Shown: piece after piece, positions 1 to 7,968 of the stretch
How the letters are laid out: every line of letters begins with the position of its first letter
Numbering within the stretch: position 1 is the first letter of the stretch
Source: Myxococcota bacterium
Lineage (GTDB): Bacteria > Myxococcota_A > Bradymonadia > UBA7976 > UBA1532
Length of the DNA: 21,026 nucleotides
Assembly: GCA_036337435.1 (NCBI GenBank)
Contig: JAYZEG010000012.1
Location: 1 to 21,026, forward strand
Direction of reading: 5' to 3'
The notes under the pieces: generated by a model
What the model saw: only the letters and a program-made list of their open reading frames with translations
The model's database searches: none
Told to the model about the DNA's origin: nothing
Made by a program: the position numbers and the translations under genes

Positions 1-2
1 AA

Positions 3-3000
3 AAACAGGGGGCTAAGGCCCAGGCGGAAGCGAGAACAGCCGAAGCAACAGCACGCGCCGCTGAGGCGAAAGCACTTCGGGCTGCAGAAGTCGCTCGAGA
101 ACAGGCTGAGCGTGCCGCAAGTAAAGCCAGCGACGCTGAGATAAGAGCACTCAAGCTAGCACAAGAGGCGAAGGCGGCTCAGGAGAAAGCGAGTCAAAGC
201 GAAATCGCTGCACGCCAACAAGCGACGAAGAAAGCCGCAGAGCTACTCACACGAGCAGAAGCAGCCGAAACCATGGCTGTTGCGGCCCGTGCAGAGGCAA
301 AGGCGGCCGAACAGGCCGCCGATGCGAGAGCGAACGCAGCTCAAGCGCAGACCGCAGCAGCGGACGCACGAGCAGCCGCAGCAGAGGACCAAGCTCAGCA
401 ATCCAAGGCCAGAGCTGACCAGCTCTCCGTTGCCGCAGAGAAAGCTGCCGCAGCGGCAGAAGTCACTCAGTCTCAATTGACCAAAGCTCGACAAGCACTT
501 GCGGCTGCTGAAAAAAGAATCGCAACGGCTGAGGCGAAAGTCCGGAGTGCTGAGACAGCAACCGTAAGTGCACAACAGCAGCGTGAAGAAATTCGAGAGG
601 AGCTCAAACGTGCGCGTGCCCAGGTTCGAGACCTAAGCCGCTCGACAAACGACCGGATTAAGCAAGCGGAGACGCGAGCAAAGGCTGCCGAAGCACGACT
701 CAAGGCCGCTGAGGGGCAGGCACAGGACGCCATTGCACGCGCGGAAGCTCGAGCGCGACAGGCGGAAGTCAGTGCCCTCAAAGCAGCGGAATCATCACGA
801 GTTCGCGCTCAAAATGCAGAGAGCAGAGCGCAAAAAGCAGAGGCTGAAGCGGGACGGCTAGCTCGAGCCGCAGAGAAAGCCAATCAACGAGCGAGTAAAC
901 TGCGTAAAAATACGAAGGCTCTCGAAACTGCATCTCGAGCACAGGCTGCGGCCGAAGCCGCCCAGGCAACTGCGGAAGCGGCTCGCCAGCAGGCCAATGC
1001 TGCAACGCAGGCCGCCCAAGCCAAGATGGCTGCTGCGGAAGCTCGCGCCCAAGAAGCCATCGCTCGCGCCCAAGCCGCAGAAGCTGCGCTACAGGCATCC
1101 AAAGATGAGAGTAGTCAACGAGCGGCCGAAGCCGAACGCCTTGCCCAACGGGCCACTGCAGCTGAAGAAAGGGCGGACCAAGCCCAAGCAAATTTCGAAA
1201 GTGTGAGCACCAAGCTTGACCAAGCTCGAGTCCGGATACAAACAGCAGAAAGAGCGACGGTGCAAGCGCGTAAACAGCTCACAACAGCCCAAGTCGACTT
1301 GAAAAAAGCAAAGACCAACGCAGACAAAGCGAAGGCCCGAGCGCAGGTTGCGGAGATGCAGATTACGGTTGCACAGCGAGAATTGGAAACAGCAGCCGAG
1401 CGGGCACGGGCGGCAGAACAACGGGCTTCAGCGGCGCAAACAAGCGCAGACAATGCGCAACGTACTGCAGATACTCTTCGAAGCAGTGCCACCACCAAGG
1501 CCGAGAGAAATGCGGCCGTGCAAGCAGAGGCAGAGGCTCGTATTGCAGCTGCTGAGGCACGGACGCGAGCACTCGAAGCCGAACGCGCTCGGTTAGCACA
1601 GCAGTTAGGCAACCTGAAAACAGCGCGCGCAAAGGCGGAAGCAGAAAATACGCAGCTGGCGTCTGAGCGCGAGCAGCTCGACAGTATGCTGGCCAAAGCA
1701 AGAGCGGATAACGATTCCACACGAGCGAAATTGCTTCAGGCCGAACGGGAAGCCAAACTTGCAGAATCGAGGGCAAACGCTGCAGACATTGCACGCATCG
1801 AATCCGAGCAAGCCAGCTCGACGCTGGCACAAAACATCAAATCTCTTCAAGGACGAATCGCGGTCGCCGAACGGGCAAACAACGCCGATGAAGCAAACGC
1901 CCTGAAGACAAAACTCCGGCGCGCGGAGAGTCAAGTTGCGACTTTGCAGGGACAGCTGTCGGAAAAGCAAACCGCTCTCTTGGACGCTGAGCAGAAAGCA
2001 CGACGGAGCCGGGCAGAGCTTGAGCAGGTACGGGGACAAATGGCTGCCGTAACAGCACCGGAACCAATTTCACAGCCAAAGGCCAGCTCGCAACCGGAGC
2101 CCGTCACAATCGAGGAGCCTGTCGCGACCGTGCTGCCACCTCCACAGATGCGAACGCGCATCACCGACGTACAATTTAATAACCGTAAAGAGGCGTGTGA
2201 GATTACGATTTCATTCAAAGGTGATCCTGTCTATTCATTGAAAACTGAGGGCACCAAAACCCGAATCTTGGAATTCGCTGACGCATTGATCGATCCGGCC
2301 CTTGAGCGAAGTCTCGACACCAGTGAATTTGCTGCAGCCATCCAATTGGTCAGCAGTTTCCAAGCACCCGCGCCTGGAGACCGGGTGCGCATCGTCGTTA
2401 CCCTTGACACCAATGCGAAAGCAGAACTCGTACGGTCTGATAACACGCTACGATGGGTTTTCGAAAACCCTGTTCGAACCCTCGATACAATCGCCAATTT
2501 ACCACCGGCCCCATCCTGGAATCCGCCTGCAGCGGAGGTTCAGTACGATCGACCCAAAGCTGCGGTATTCACCGGCATGAGCCAAGCGATCGAGACCCGA
2601 TCGCTCGGTAAACCACGTCCCGCCCGCCGAAAGCGATATACGGGGCGAAAGATCAACATCGATATCAAAGACGGTGATATCCACAATATTCTCCGGCTGC
2701 TCGCCAAAGAAGGAAATGTCAACATCGTGACGAGTGATGAAGTGAAAGGCACCATCACCATGCACCTAAAATTGGTCCCCTGGGACCAAGCCCTCGAAAT
2801 CATTCTTCGGACAAAAGGTCTGGATATGGTTCGAGAGGGTGACATCATTCGAGTTGCGCCGGTTGAATCCATCGCAAAAGAGCGAGAATCCGAACTCAAA
2901 AAGCAGGAAGTGCAAGAAAAGCTGAAGCCCCTTGAGGTGAAGCTAATCACGGTCAACCATGCAACGGCCAGCGACCTGATGCCAAGAATCAAGAGCGTTC

Positions 3001-3929
3001 TATCGAAACGCGGCTCTTCAGAGTTTGATCAGCGAACAAATACGGTGATTTTGAAGGACGTCGATGACCATCTGGATGCGGCTGAAGATTTGATTCGTCG
3101 TCTCGACACCCAAACACCACAAGTCCTCATCGAGACCCGAATCGTCGAAGTAAACGAGGTCAACGTTCAACAGTTGGGTATTCAATGGGGTATTGATTCG
3201 ACCTGGAGCGCAGCAACAGGCAATCCAACAGGCCTTCGGTTTCCAAGTTCCATCGGCATTTCCGGTGGCGCTGATGATCAACAAGGGGGCACCGAGGGTG
3301 TCTCATCCAACCCGAACTTCGTCGTCAATTTGCCGGCGTCTGCTGGTCTTGGTTCTGGTGGTGCCTTGGGTATGACCTTCGGAAGCATCGACAGTACCTT
3401 CAATCTCAACGTGAGACTGACGGCACTTGAAAACCGGGGCTCGGTGAAGATCGTGAGCAGTCCGAAAATCACAACTTTGGACAATAAGAAAGCGCGAATT
3501 AGTCAGGGTGTTAGCATTCCAATTAGTCAGATCTCGGCCGCCGGGATTCAGACCGTGTTCTTCGATGCAGTGCTGAGTCTAGAAGCCACACCGCACGTCA
3601 CTCAGGACGGGAACATTTACCTTAAACTCAACGCGCAGAACAATACACCGGACTTCCAGAACGTGGGTGCTCGAGGGGACCCCACGATTCTTAAGAAAGA
3701 AGCGCAGACCGAATTACTTCTGAAGGACGGCGACACAACCGTGATCGGTGGCATCTACACAAGTAACGCTGGTTTTAATCGCTCAGAGGTGCCGTTTTTG
3801 GCTCGAATTCCGATCATTGGTGTCATGTTTCGCAATCATCAAGAGAGTGATCGTCGGAGTGAACTGTTGATCTTTGTGACACCTCGGATCGTGAATAGAG
3901 CAGCGTCAACCGTCAAAACGGCTCAGTGA
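3..3929 (+). CDS. pilQ: Type IV pilus secretin PilQ with long coiled-coil region (5'-partial)
   Basis: The frame of ORF 273..3929 is open back to base 3, so the true start lies upstream of the window. Domain order: Ala/Gln/Glu/Arg/Lys helical region to ~2040; Pro-rich linker; AMIN-like domain (RITDVQF...RIVVTLD); N0 (YTGRKINIDIKDGDIHNILRLLA, VPWDQAL); N3 (DQRTNTVILKD); secretin domain (QVLIETRIVE, SSPKITTLDNKKARISQG, VPFLARIPIIG, ELLIFVTPRIV). Lies upstream of aroK-aroB, a conserved pilQ context. Confidence 0.95.
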   Translation, partial: KQGAKAQAEARTAEATARAAEAKALRAAEVAREQAERAASKASDAEIRALKLAQEAKAAQEKASQSEIAARQQATKKAAELLTRAEAAETMAVAARAEAKAAEQAADARANAAQAQTAAADARAAAAEDQAQQSKARADQLSVAAEKAAAAAEVTQSQLTKARQALAAAEKRIATAEAKVRSAETATVSAQQQREEIREELKRARAQVRDLSRSTNDRIKQAETRAKAAEARLKAAEGQAQDAIARAEARARQAEVSALKAAESSRVRAQNAESRAQKAEAEAGRLARAAEKANQRASKLRKNTKALETASRAQAAAEAAQATAEAARQQANAATQAAQAKMAAAEARAQEAIARAQAAEAALQASKDESSQRAAEAERLAQRATAAEERADQAQANFESVSTKLDQARVRIQTAERATVQARKQLTTAQVDLKKAKTNADKAKARAQVAEMQITVAQRELETAAERARAAEQRASAAQTSADNAQRTADTLRSSATTKAERNAAVQAEAEARIAAAEARTRALEAERARLAQQLGNLKTARAKAEAENTQLASEREQLDSMLAKARADNDSTRAKLLQAEREAKLAESRANAADIARIESEQASSTLAQNIKSLQGRIAVAERANNADEANALKTKLRRAESQVATLQGQLSEKQTALLDAEQKARRSRAELEQVRGQMAAVTAPEPISQPKASSQPEPVTIEEPVATVLPPPQMRTRITDVQFNNRKEACEITISFKGDPVYSLKTEGTKTRILEFADALIDPALERSLDTSEFAAAIQLVSSFQAPAPGDRVRIVVTLDTNAKAELVRSDNTLRWVFENPVRTLDTIANLPPAPSWNPPAAEVQYDRPKAAVFTGMSQAIETRSLGKPRPARRKRYTGRKINIDIKDGDIHNILRLLAKEGNVNIVTSDEVKGTITMHLKLVPWDQALEIILRTKGLDMVREGDIIRVAPVESIAKERESELKKQEVQEKLKPLEVKLITVNHATASDLMPRIKSVLSKRGSSEFDQRTNTVILKDVDDHLDAAEDLIRRLDTQTPQVLIETRIVEVNEVNVQQLGIQWGIDSTWSAATGNPTGLRFPSSIGISGGADDQQGGTEGVSSNPNFVVNLPASAGLGSGGALGMTFGSIDSTFNLNVRLTALENRGSVKIVSSPKITTLDNKKARISQGVSIPISQISAAGIQTVFFDAVLSLEATPHVTQDGNIYLKLNAQNNTPDFQNVGARGDPTILKKEAQTELLLKDGDTTVIGGIYTSNAGFNRSEVPFLARIPIIGVMFRNHQESDRRSELLIFVTPRIVNRAASTVKTAQ

Positions 3930-4465
3930 TCGAGGTCAGTGACCAACGACCGATCTTCCTATGGGGAATGATGGGTACTGGAAAATCAAGCGTCGGCCGC
4001 ATTCTCGCTGAACGTTTGGGACGACAATTTATTGACCTCGACGAGGCGATCGCGACTCGCGAAAACAGTGATATTGAAGCCCTTTTTATTCAGCGTGGAG
4101 AAAGTGTGTTTCGACAGCTAGAGAAAGAAGCCTTCACCCAGCAATTGCAGGATGGCAAGAACAAGGTCATCGCCTTGGGTGGTGGCACCCTACTCGACGA
4201 TAAACTCCGTGAGGAAGCACGCAAAACAGGGCCTGTGATCTGTCTCGGTGCGAGTATCGACACACTCCTTGCTCGGCTCGAAGGCTCCTCTGGGCGTCCG
4301 CTGCTCGACAAAAACAATCTGCGCTTGTCATTGGTGGAACTTCAAACCGTTCGCTCGGCAAGCTATGCAGATTCGGATGCACACATCGATACGGATCAGC
4401 AGAGTATTGAGGCTGTGGTGGCCGGATTGTGTGACATGCTTGTGGGTGCGGAGGGAAGTCAATGA
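3926..4465 (+). CDS. aroK: Shikimate kinase
   Basis: Walker A GMMGTGKSSVG, FIDLD, GESVFRQLE, ALGGG and RPLL motifs. GTG start overlaps the pilQ stop (GTGA). Confidence 0.95.
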   Translation: MIEVSDQRPIFLWGMMGTGKSSVGRILAERLGRQFIDLDEAIATRENSDIEALFIQRGESVFRQLEKEAFTQQLQDGKNKVIALGGGTLLDDKLREEARKTGPVICLGASIDTLLARLEGSSGRPLLDKNNLRLSLVELQTVRSASYADSDAHIDTDQQSIEAVVAGLCDMLVGAEGSQ

Positions 4466-5565
4466 AGATCGCTGTGGAGCTCGGGTCTCGACGGTATCCG
4501 ATCTATTTTCGATCCGGTGGACACCACGAGTTGGTTGAAAGAACGATTGCTGATGCCGCAAGCGGTCGTGTGATCATCGTCTCTGATAAAAATGTCGCAC
4601 CACTGTACGCAACGGAATTCACAAAATCTCTGACCGAGACCGGTTTGAATGCGAAGCTGGTCACTATTCCCGTCGGCGAACATACGAAGACCCTCGACAC
4701 AGTCAAACAGGTTTACGAAACGGCAGTCTCTCATGGTGTAGACAGGCAAACCCACATCGTCGCTTATGGCGGTGGTGTCGTTGGCGATATAGCCGGCTTT
4801 GTTGCCTCGACGCTCTTGCGTGGCCTACCTTTTGCTCAAATTCCGACCACAGTGCTCGCCCAAGTGGACAGCAGCGTTGGTGGGAAGGTCGGTGTAAACT
4901 TTGCCGGTGCAAAGAATATGATCGGATCGTTCTACCAACCCAAATGGGTATTCATTGACACAAAACATTTGGATACACTGCCCGTACAGCACCGACGTTC
5001 TGGTTTGGCTGAGGCGGTGAAACATGGTTTCTTAGGGGGCGAAAAGCTGCTCACACAGGTCACTGATAAAATCGGCCCGATTCTGATGGGCGATGGACAA
5101 GCCCTGTTTGATATCTTGCCAGACGTTGTCCGTTTGAAAGCAGAGATCGTACGGGAAGATGAGCTGGAAGTCGGACGTCGCGTGGTTTTGAATTTGGGCC
5201 ACACGCTGGGCCATGCATTTGAGACCGACGTTACAAATGGTTCGCTCAATCACGGAGATGCTGTCGCACTCGGCCTCGGTTTTTGCTTGGCAATGAGTAC
5301 AGAGCAACTTGGTTTGTCCGAGCGCGAACGGGCATTAGGTGACGCAGCTCTGGCGGCTCTGGGTGGCCCGACGAACTGGTCAGAACGCATTAATGACGGG
5401 GTATTTGAGCGGGTTTTACTCGATAAAAAGAACAGGGGCGACACGGTCCGCATTATTGGATTGAGAAAACTAGCGGAACCGGTCGTACTGGACTACAAAC
5501 AGAAAGAGTTTAGAGACATAGTTTGTCGACTGGCAGAAGCCGATCGAGAAAGGAAGTTACGATGA
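4462..5565 (+). CDS. aroB: 3-dehydroquinate synthase
   Basis: GGGVVGDIAGF, PTTVLAQVDSSVGGKVG, KNMIGSFYQP, LNLGHTLGHA and HGDAV motifs. ATGA overlap with aroK. Confidence 0.96.
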   Translation: MKIAVELGSRRYPIYFRSGGHHELVERTIADAASGRVIIVSDKNVAPLYATEFTKSLTETGLNAKLVTIPVGEHTKTLDTVKQVYETAVSHGVDRQTHIVAYGGGVVGDIAGFVASTLLRGLPFAQIPTTVLAQVDSSVGGKVGVNFAGAKNMIGSFYQPKWVFIDTKHLDTLPVQHRRSGLAEAVKHGFLGGEKLLTQVTDKIGPILMGDGQALFDILPDVVRLKAEIVREDELEVGRRVVLNLGHTLGHAFETDVTNGSLNHGDAVALGLGFCLAMSTEQLGLSERERALGDAALAALGGPTNWSERINDGVFERVLLDKKNRGDTVRIIGLRKLAEPVVLDYKQKEFRDIVCRLAEADRERKLR

Positions 5566-6407
5566 AATCGCAATATACACACGAATCAGGTCGACTGTGT
5601 TTCCTCATTGTGTTGTCACTGGTCATGGGCGTGCTGATGGGCTGCCAAGATCGTGAGGTTTCCATGAGCATCGTAAGCGTAAAGCCATTCGACATAGAAA
5701 CCTGTGAAGTGATCGAGGACGATAATGTCTTTCAAGTAAGCGGAGTCGTCGACTTGGCTATGCGCCAGACTTACCGAGCGAATCTATTGCTTGAAAACAA
5801 CCTTGTCGACGTCCCGAATGCGAAAGGCTTGCGGCCCGCTGACACACGCGTGAGTCTCAATGCAATCGCACTGAGTTCAGCCGTAATCGAATACTCGACC
5901 TTAGACCAACTGTCGACTGGGATACCCTCCCGTCGCATTGTTCCGCTGAGTGGAACGATCCCGGAAGAAACCGCACTCACTTTGGCTAACTTTGAGCTCT
6001 TCTCGCAGGATGTTTTGCAACAAGTCCGAAACGCTGAAGAATTTTTCTCCGTCAACAATGGCGAAGTCGTTCCATCGAGAACAGCGGTCACGATTCTCGC
6101 CCGCGTCCGCATCAAAGGCAGAACATTGGACGGCCGAGACGCAGAATCTAACGAGTTTCTCTTTCCAGTCGAAGTCTGCAATGGATGTCGCGTCATCTAT
6201 CCATCCGAAATGATTGTTCAACGAGGCGGTCAACTCGCCTGCCCTGCCCCGATGGTCAATGCCGAAGAAGACAACTCGACGGCGACTAACGAGCTTTGCG
6301 AGGCCTTACTGGGCAGTGATGAGTCGTTTGTAGATTGCCAAACCTGTCAGGGCCTCGCCGTTGATTCATTCGCACGTCAACTGTGTCAACCGCCGCGGAT
6401 CCCATAA
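5562..6407 (+). CDS. Putative Cys-rich lipoprotein of unknown function
   Basis: Preferred ATG at 5562 overlaps the aroB stop and has AGGAAG upstream. Hydrophobic signal ends in the lipobox LMGC. Eight further Cys, including CNGC and CQTC. Confidence 0.75.
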   Translation: MKSQYTHESGRLCFLIVLSLVMGVLMGCQDREVSMSIVSVKPFDIETCEVIEDDNVFQVSGVVDLAMRQTYRANLLLENNLVDVPNAKGLRPADTRVSLNAIALSSAVIEYSTLDQLSTGIPSRRIVPLSGTIPEETALTLANFELFSQDVLQQVRNAEEFFSVNNGEVVPSRTAVTILARVRIKGRTLDGRDAESNEFLFPVEVCNGCRVIYPSEMIVQRGGQLACPAPMVNAEEDNSTATNELCEALLGSDESFVDCQTCQGLAVDSFARQLCQPPRIP

Positions 6408-6479
6408 ACGCCCCGCTGGGGCCAATACCCAAGACTAATTCAAAGACCAGGAAAGACTGTTCCGGAGTTTGATGCCTGT

Positions 6480-6836
6480 ATGCAGATGGAGGAACATTTA
6501 AATCGTCTGGTCGACCATATCGATGGGGCTCTTGGCGCAGCTTTACTCAATGCAGACGGTGTCGTCGTTCACGCTGTGGAACCAGGAAAAAATCTGCGTC
6601 TGACACACGGGTTATCTGAGTTTGGCCTCGTCGCGAAGCAATTGACCTCTCTGGATGAACTGTCGGATCTTGGCGAACCGCTCTCATTTAAATTCGATAG
6701 CTCCGATAGAACGCTTTTGCTCAGGCCTCTGGGCCCCAAATACTTTGTGGCCCTATGGATTAAAGCGACCCATGATGCGCTTCGCGCACAATTTCAACTG
6801 CGCATTGTCAGCGCGGACCTGATGGCACTAGTTTGA
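6480..6836 (+). CDS. Roadblock/LC7 domain protein, MglC-like
   Basis: HLNRLVDHIDGALGAALLNADG...LRPLGPKYFVALW...FQLRI fits the roadblock fold and resembles M. xanthus MglC as I recall it. Same position between pilQ and efp. Confidence 0.8.
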   Translation: MQMEEHLNRLVDHIDGALGAALLNADGVVVHAVEPGKNLRLTHGLSEFGLVAKQLTSLDELSDLGEPLSFKFDSSDRTLLLRPLGPKYFVALWIKATHDALRAQFQLRIVSADLMALV

Positions 6837-6846
6837 GGAAAATACG

Positions 6847-7281
6847 ATGAAGTTTCTCATTGTAAACGGTCCAAATCTAAATCTGCTCGGCTCCCGGGAA
6901 CCAGAGGTCTATGGCTCTGAAAGCCTAGATGAAATCATGAACAAAACCGCCGCGTTTGCGACTGACAACGGGGTGGAGATTGACTCCGTTCAAAGTCATC
7001 ATGAGGGTGTTCTGATCGAGGCCATTCAAAAGGCCGCGGGGCGCTTTGATGGTCTAATTATCAACCCGGCCGGATACGGACATTCAAGCGTCGCCATCAG
7101 AGACGCCCTCATCGCTGTTGGACTGCCTGCAGTTGAGGTACACTTGTCAAATCTCGCCCAGCGAGAAGAATTTAGGCATAGGACGTTGACAGCTGACGTC
7201 TGTGTAGGTCAGATATGTGGCTTTGGGGGTCATGGCTACCCGTTGGCCATTATGGCCTTGAAGAAACACATCGCCGGTTAG
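6847..7281 (+). CDS. aroQ: Type II 3-dehydroquinate dehydratase
   Basis: NGPNLNLLGSREPEVYG, IINPAG, VAIRDA, EVHLSN and REEFRH motifs. GAGGA RBS. Confidence 0.97.
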   Translation: MKFLIVNGPNLNLLGSREPEVYGSESLDEIMNKTAAFATDNGVEIDSVQSHHEGVLIEAIQKAAGRFDGLIINPAGYGHSSVAIRDALIAVGLPAVEVHLSNLAQREEFRHRTLTADVCVGQICGFGGHGYPLAIMALKKHIAG

Positions 7282-7289
7282 GAAAAAGC

Positions 7290-7850
7290 ATGTATCAAAC
7301 AAACGAATTCAGAAAAAACCTAAAAATCGAATACGAGGGGAGCCTCTGGTCCATTGTTGATTGCCAATTTGTTAAGCCGGGGAAAGGCGTTGCCTTCGTT
7401 AAGACGAAACTCAAGAACCTGATTGACGGTCGCGGAATCCAGGTCAATTTTCGTTCCGGAGAAAAGGTCGGCAAACCAGATGTAAACGATGTAAAAATGC
7501 AGGTTCTCTATAATGATGGGTCAGCTTGGCACTTCATGGACAACAAAACCTACGATCAGATCGAAGTCCGAGCTGAAGAGCTCGGTGATACAGCAAATTA
7601 TCTGAAGGAAGAGCTTGAAGTGAGCGTTTTGCTGTACAACGGACGCCCGATTGATGTGGAACTGCCCAACTTCATTGAAGCCAAGATCATCGAATGCGAG
7701 CCGGGTGTACGTGGCGACACGGTTCAAGGTGGCAGTAAGCCGGCGACCATTGAAACAGGTGCAATTGTTCAGGTTCCATTTTTTGTTGAGGAAGGCGAAG
7801 TCATCAAGGTTGACACGCGCACAGGCGAGTATTCGTCACGCGTCAAGTAA
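7290..7850 (+). CDS. efp: Elongation factor P
   Basis: The start is ATG 7290 (AGGA upstream), not 7215. FVKPGKGVAFVKTKLKN, FMDNKTYDQ, PGVRGDT, KPATIETG and IKVDTRTGEY motifs. Confidence 0.97.
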   Translation: MYQTNEFRKNLKIEYEGSLWSIVDCQFVKPGKGVAFVKTKLKNLIDGRGIQVNFRSGEKVGKPDVNDVKMQVLYNDGSAWHFMDNKTYDQIEVRAEELGDTANYLKEELEVSVLLYNGRPIDVELPNFIEAKIIECEPGVRGDTVQGGSKPATIETGAIVQVPFFVEEGEVIKVDTRTGEYSSRVK

Positions 7851-7883
7851 ACCCTACTTGTGGGCTCCACCTTTGCACAGCCC

Positions 7884-7913
7884 TTGACCAAAGCCGTAGC
7901 AGAGTCGTAGAAT
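7884..7913 (+). promoter_or_regulatory. Putative sigma70 promoter for the TPR gene
   Basis: TTGACC (7884-7889), 18-nt spacer, TAGAAT (7908-7913), in the efp-TPR intergenic gap. Confidence 0.6.
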
Positions 7914-7968
7914 TTCATTAGGCCGTATCAGAGATGTTGTCACAGAATTGAGTTAGGACGGGTCTATC

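Noticed and set aside
243..3484. Many minus-strand and alternate-frame ORFs inside pilQ
   Set aside because: Shadows of Ala-rich, GC-biased coding sequence; no motifs and complete overlap with a well-supported gene.
6170..6350. c-type cytochrome motifs in the lipoprotein
   Set aside because: CNGCR and CQTCQ lack the His of CxxCH.
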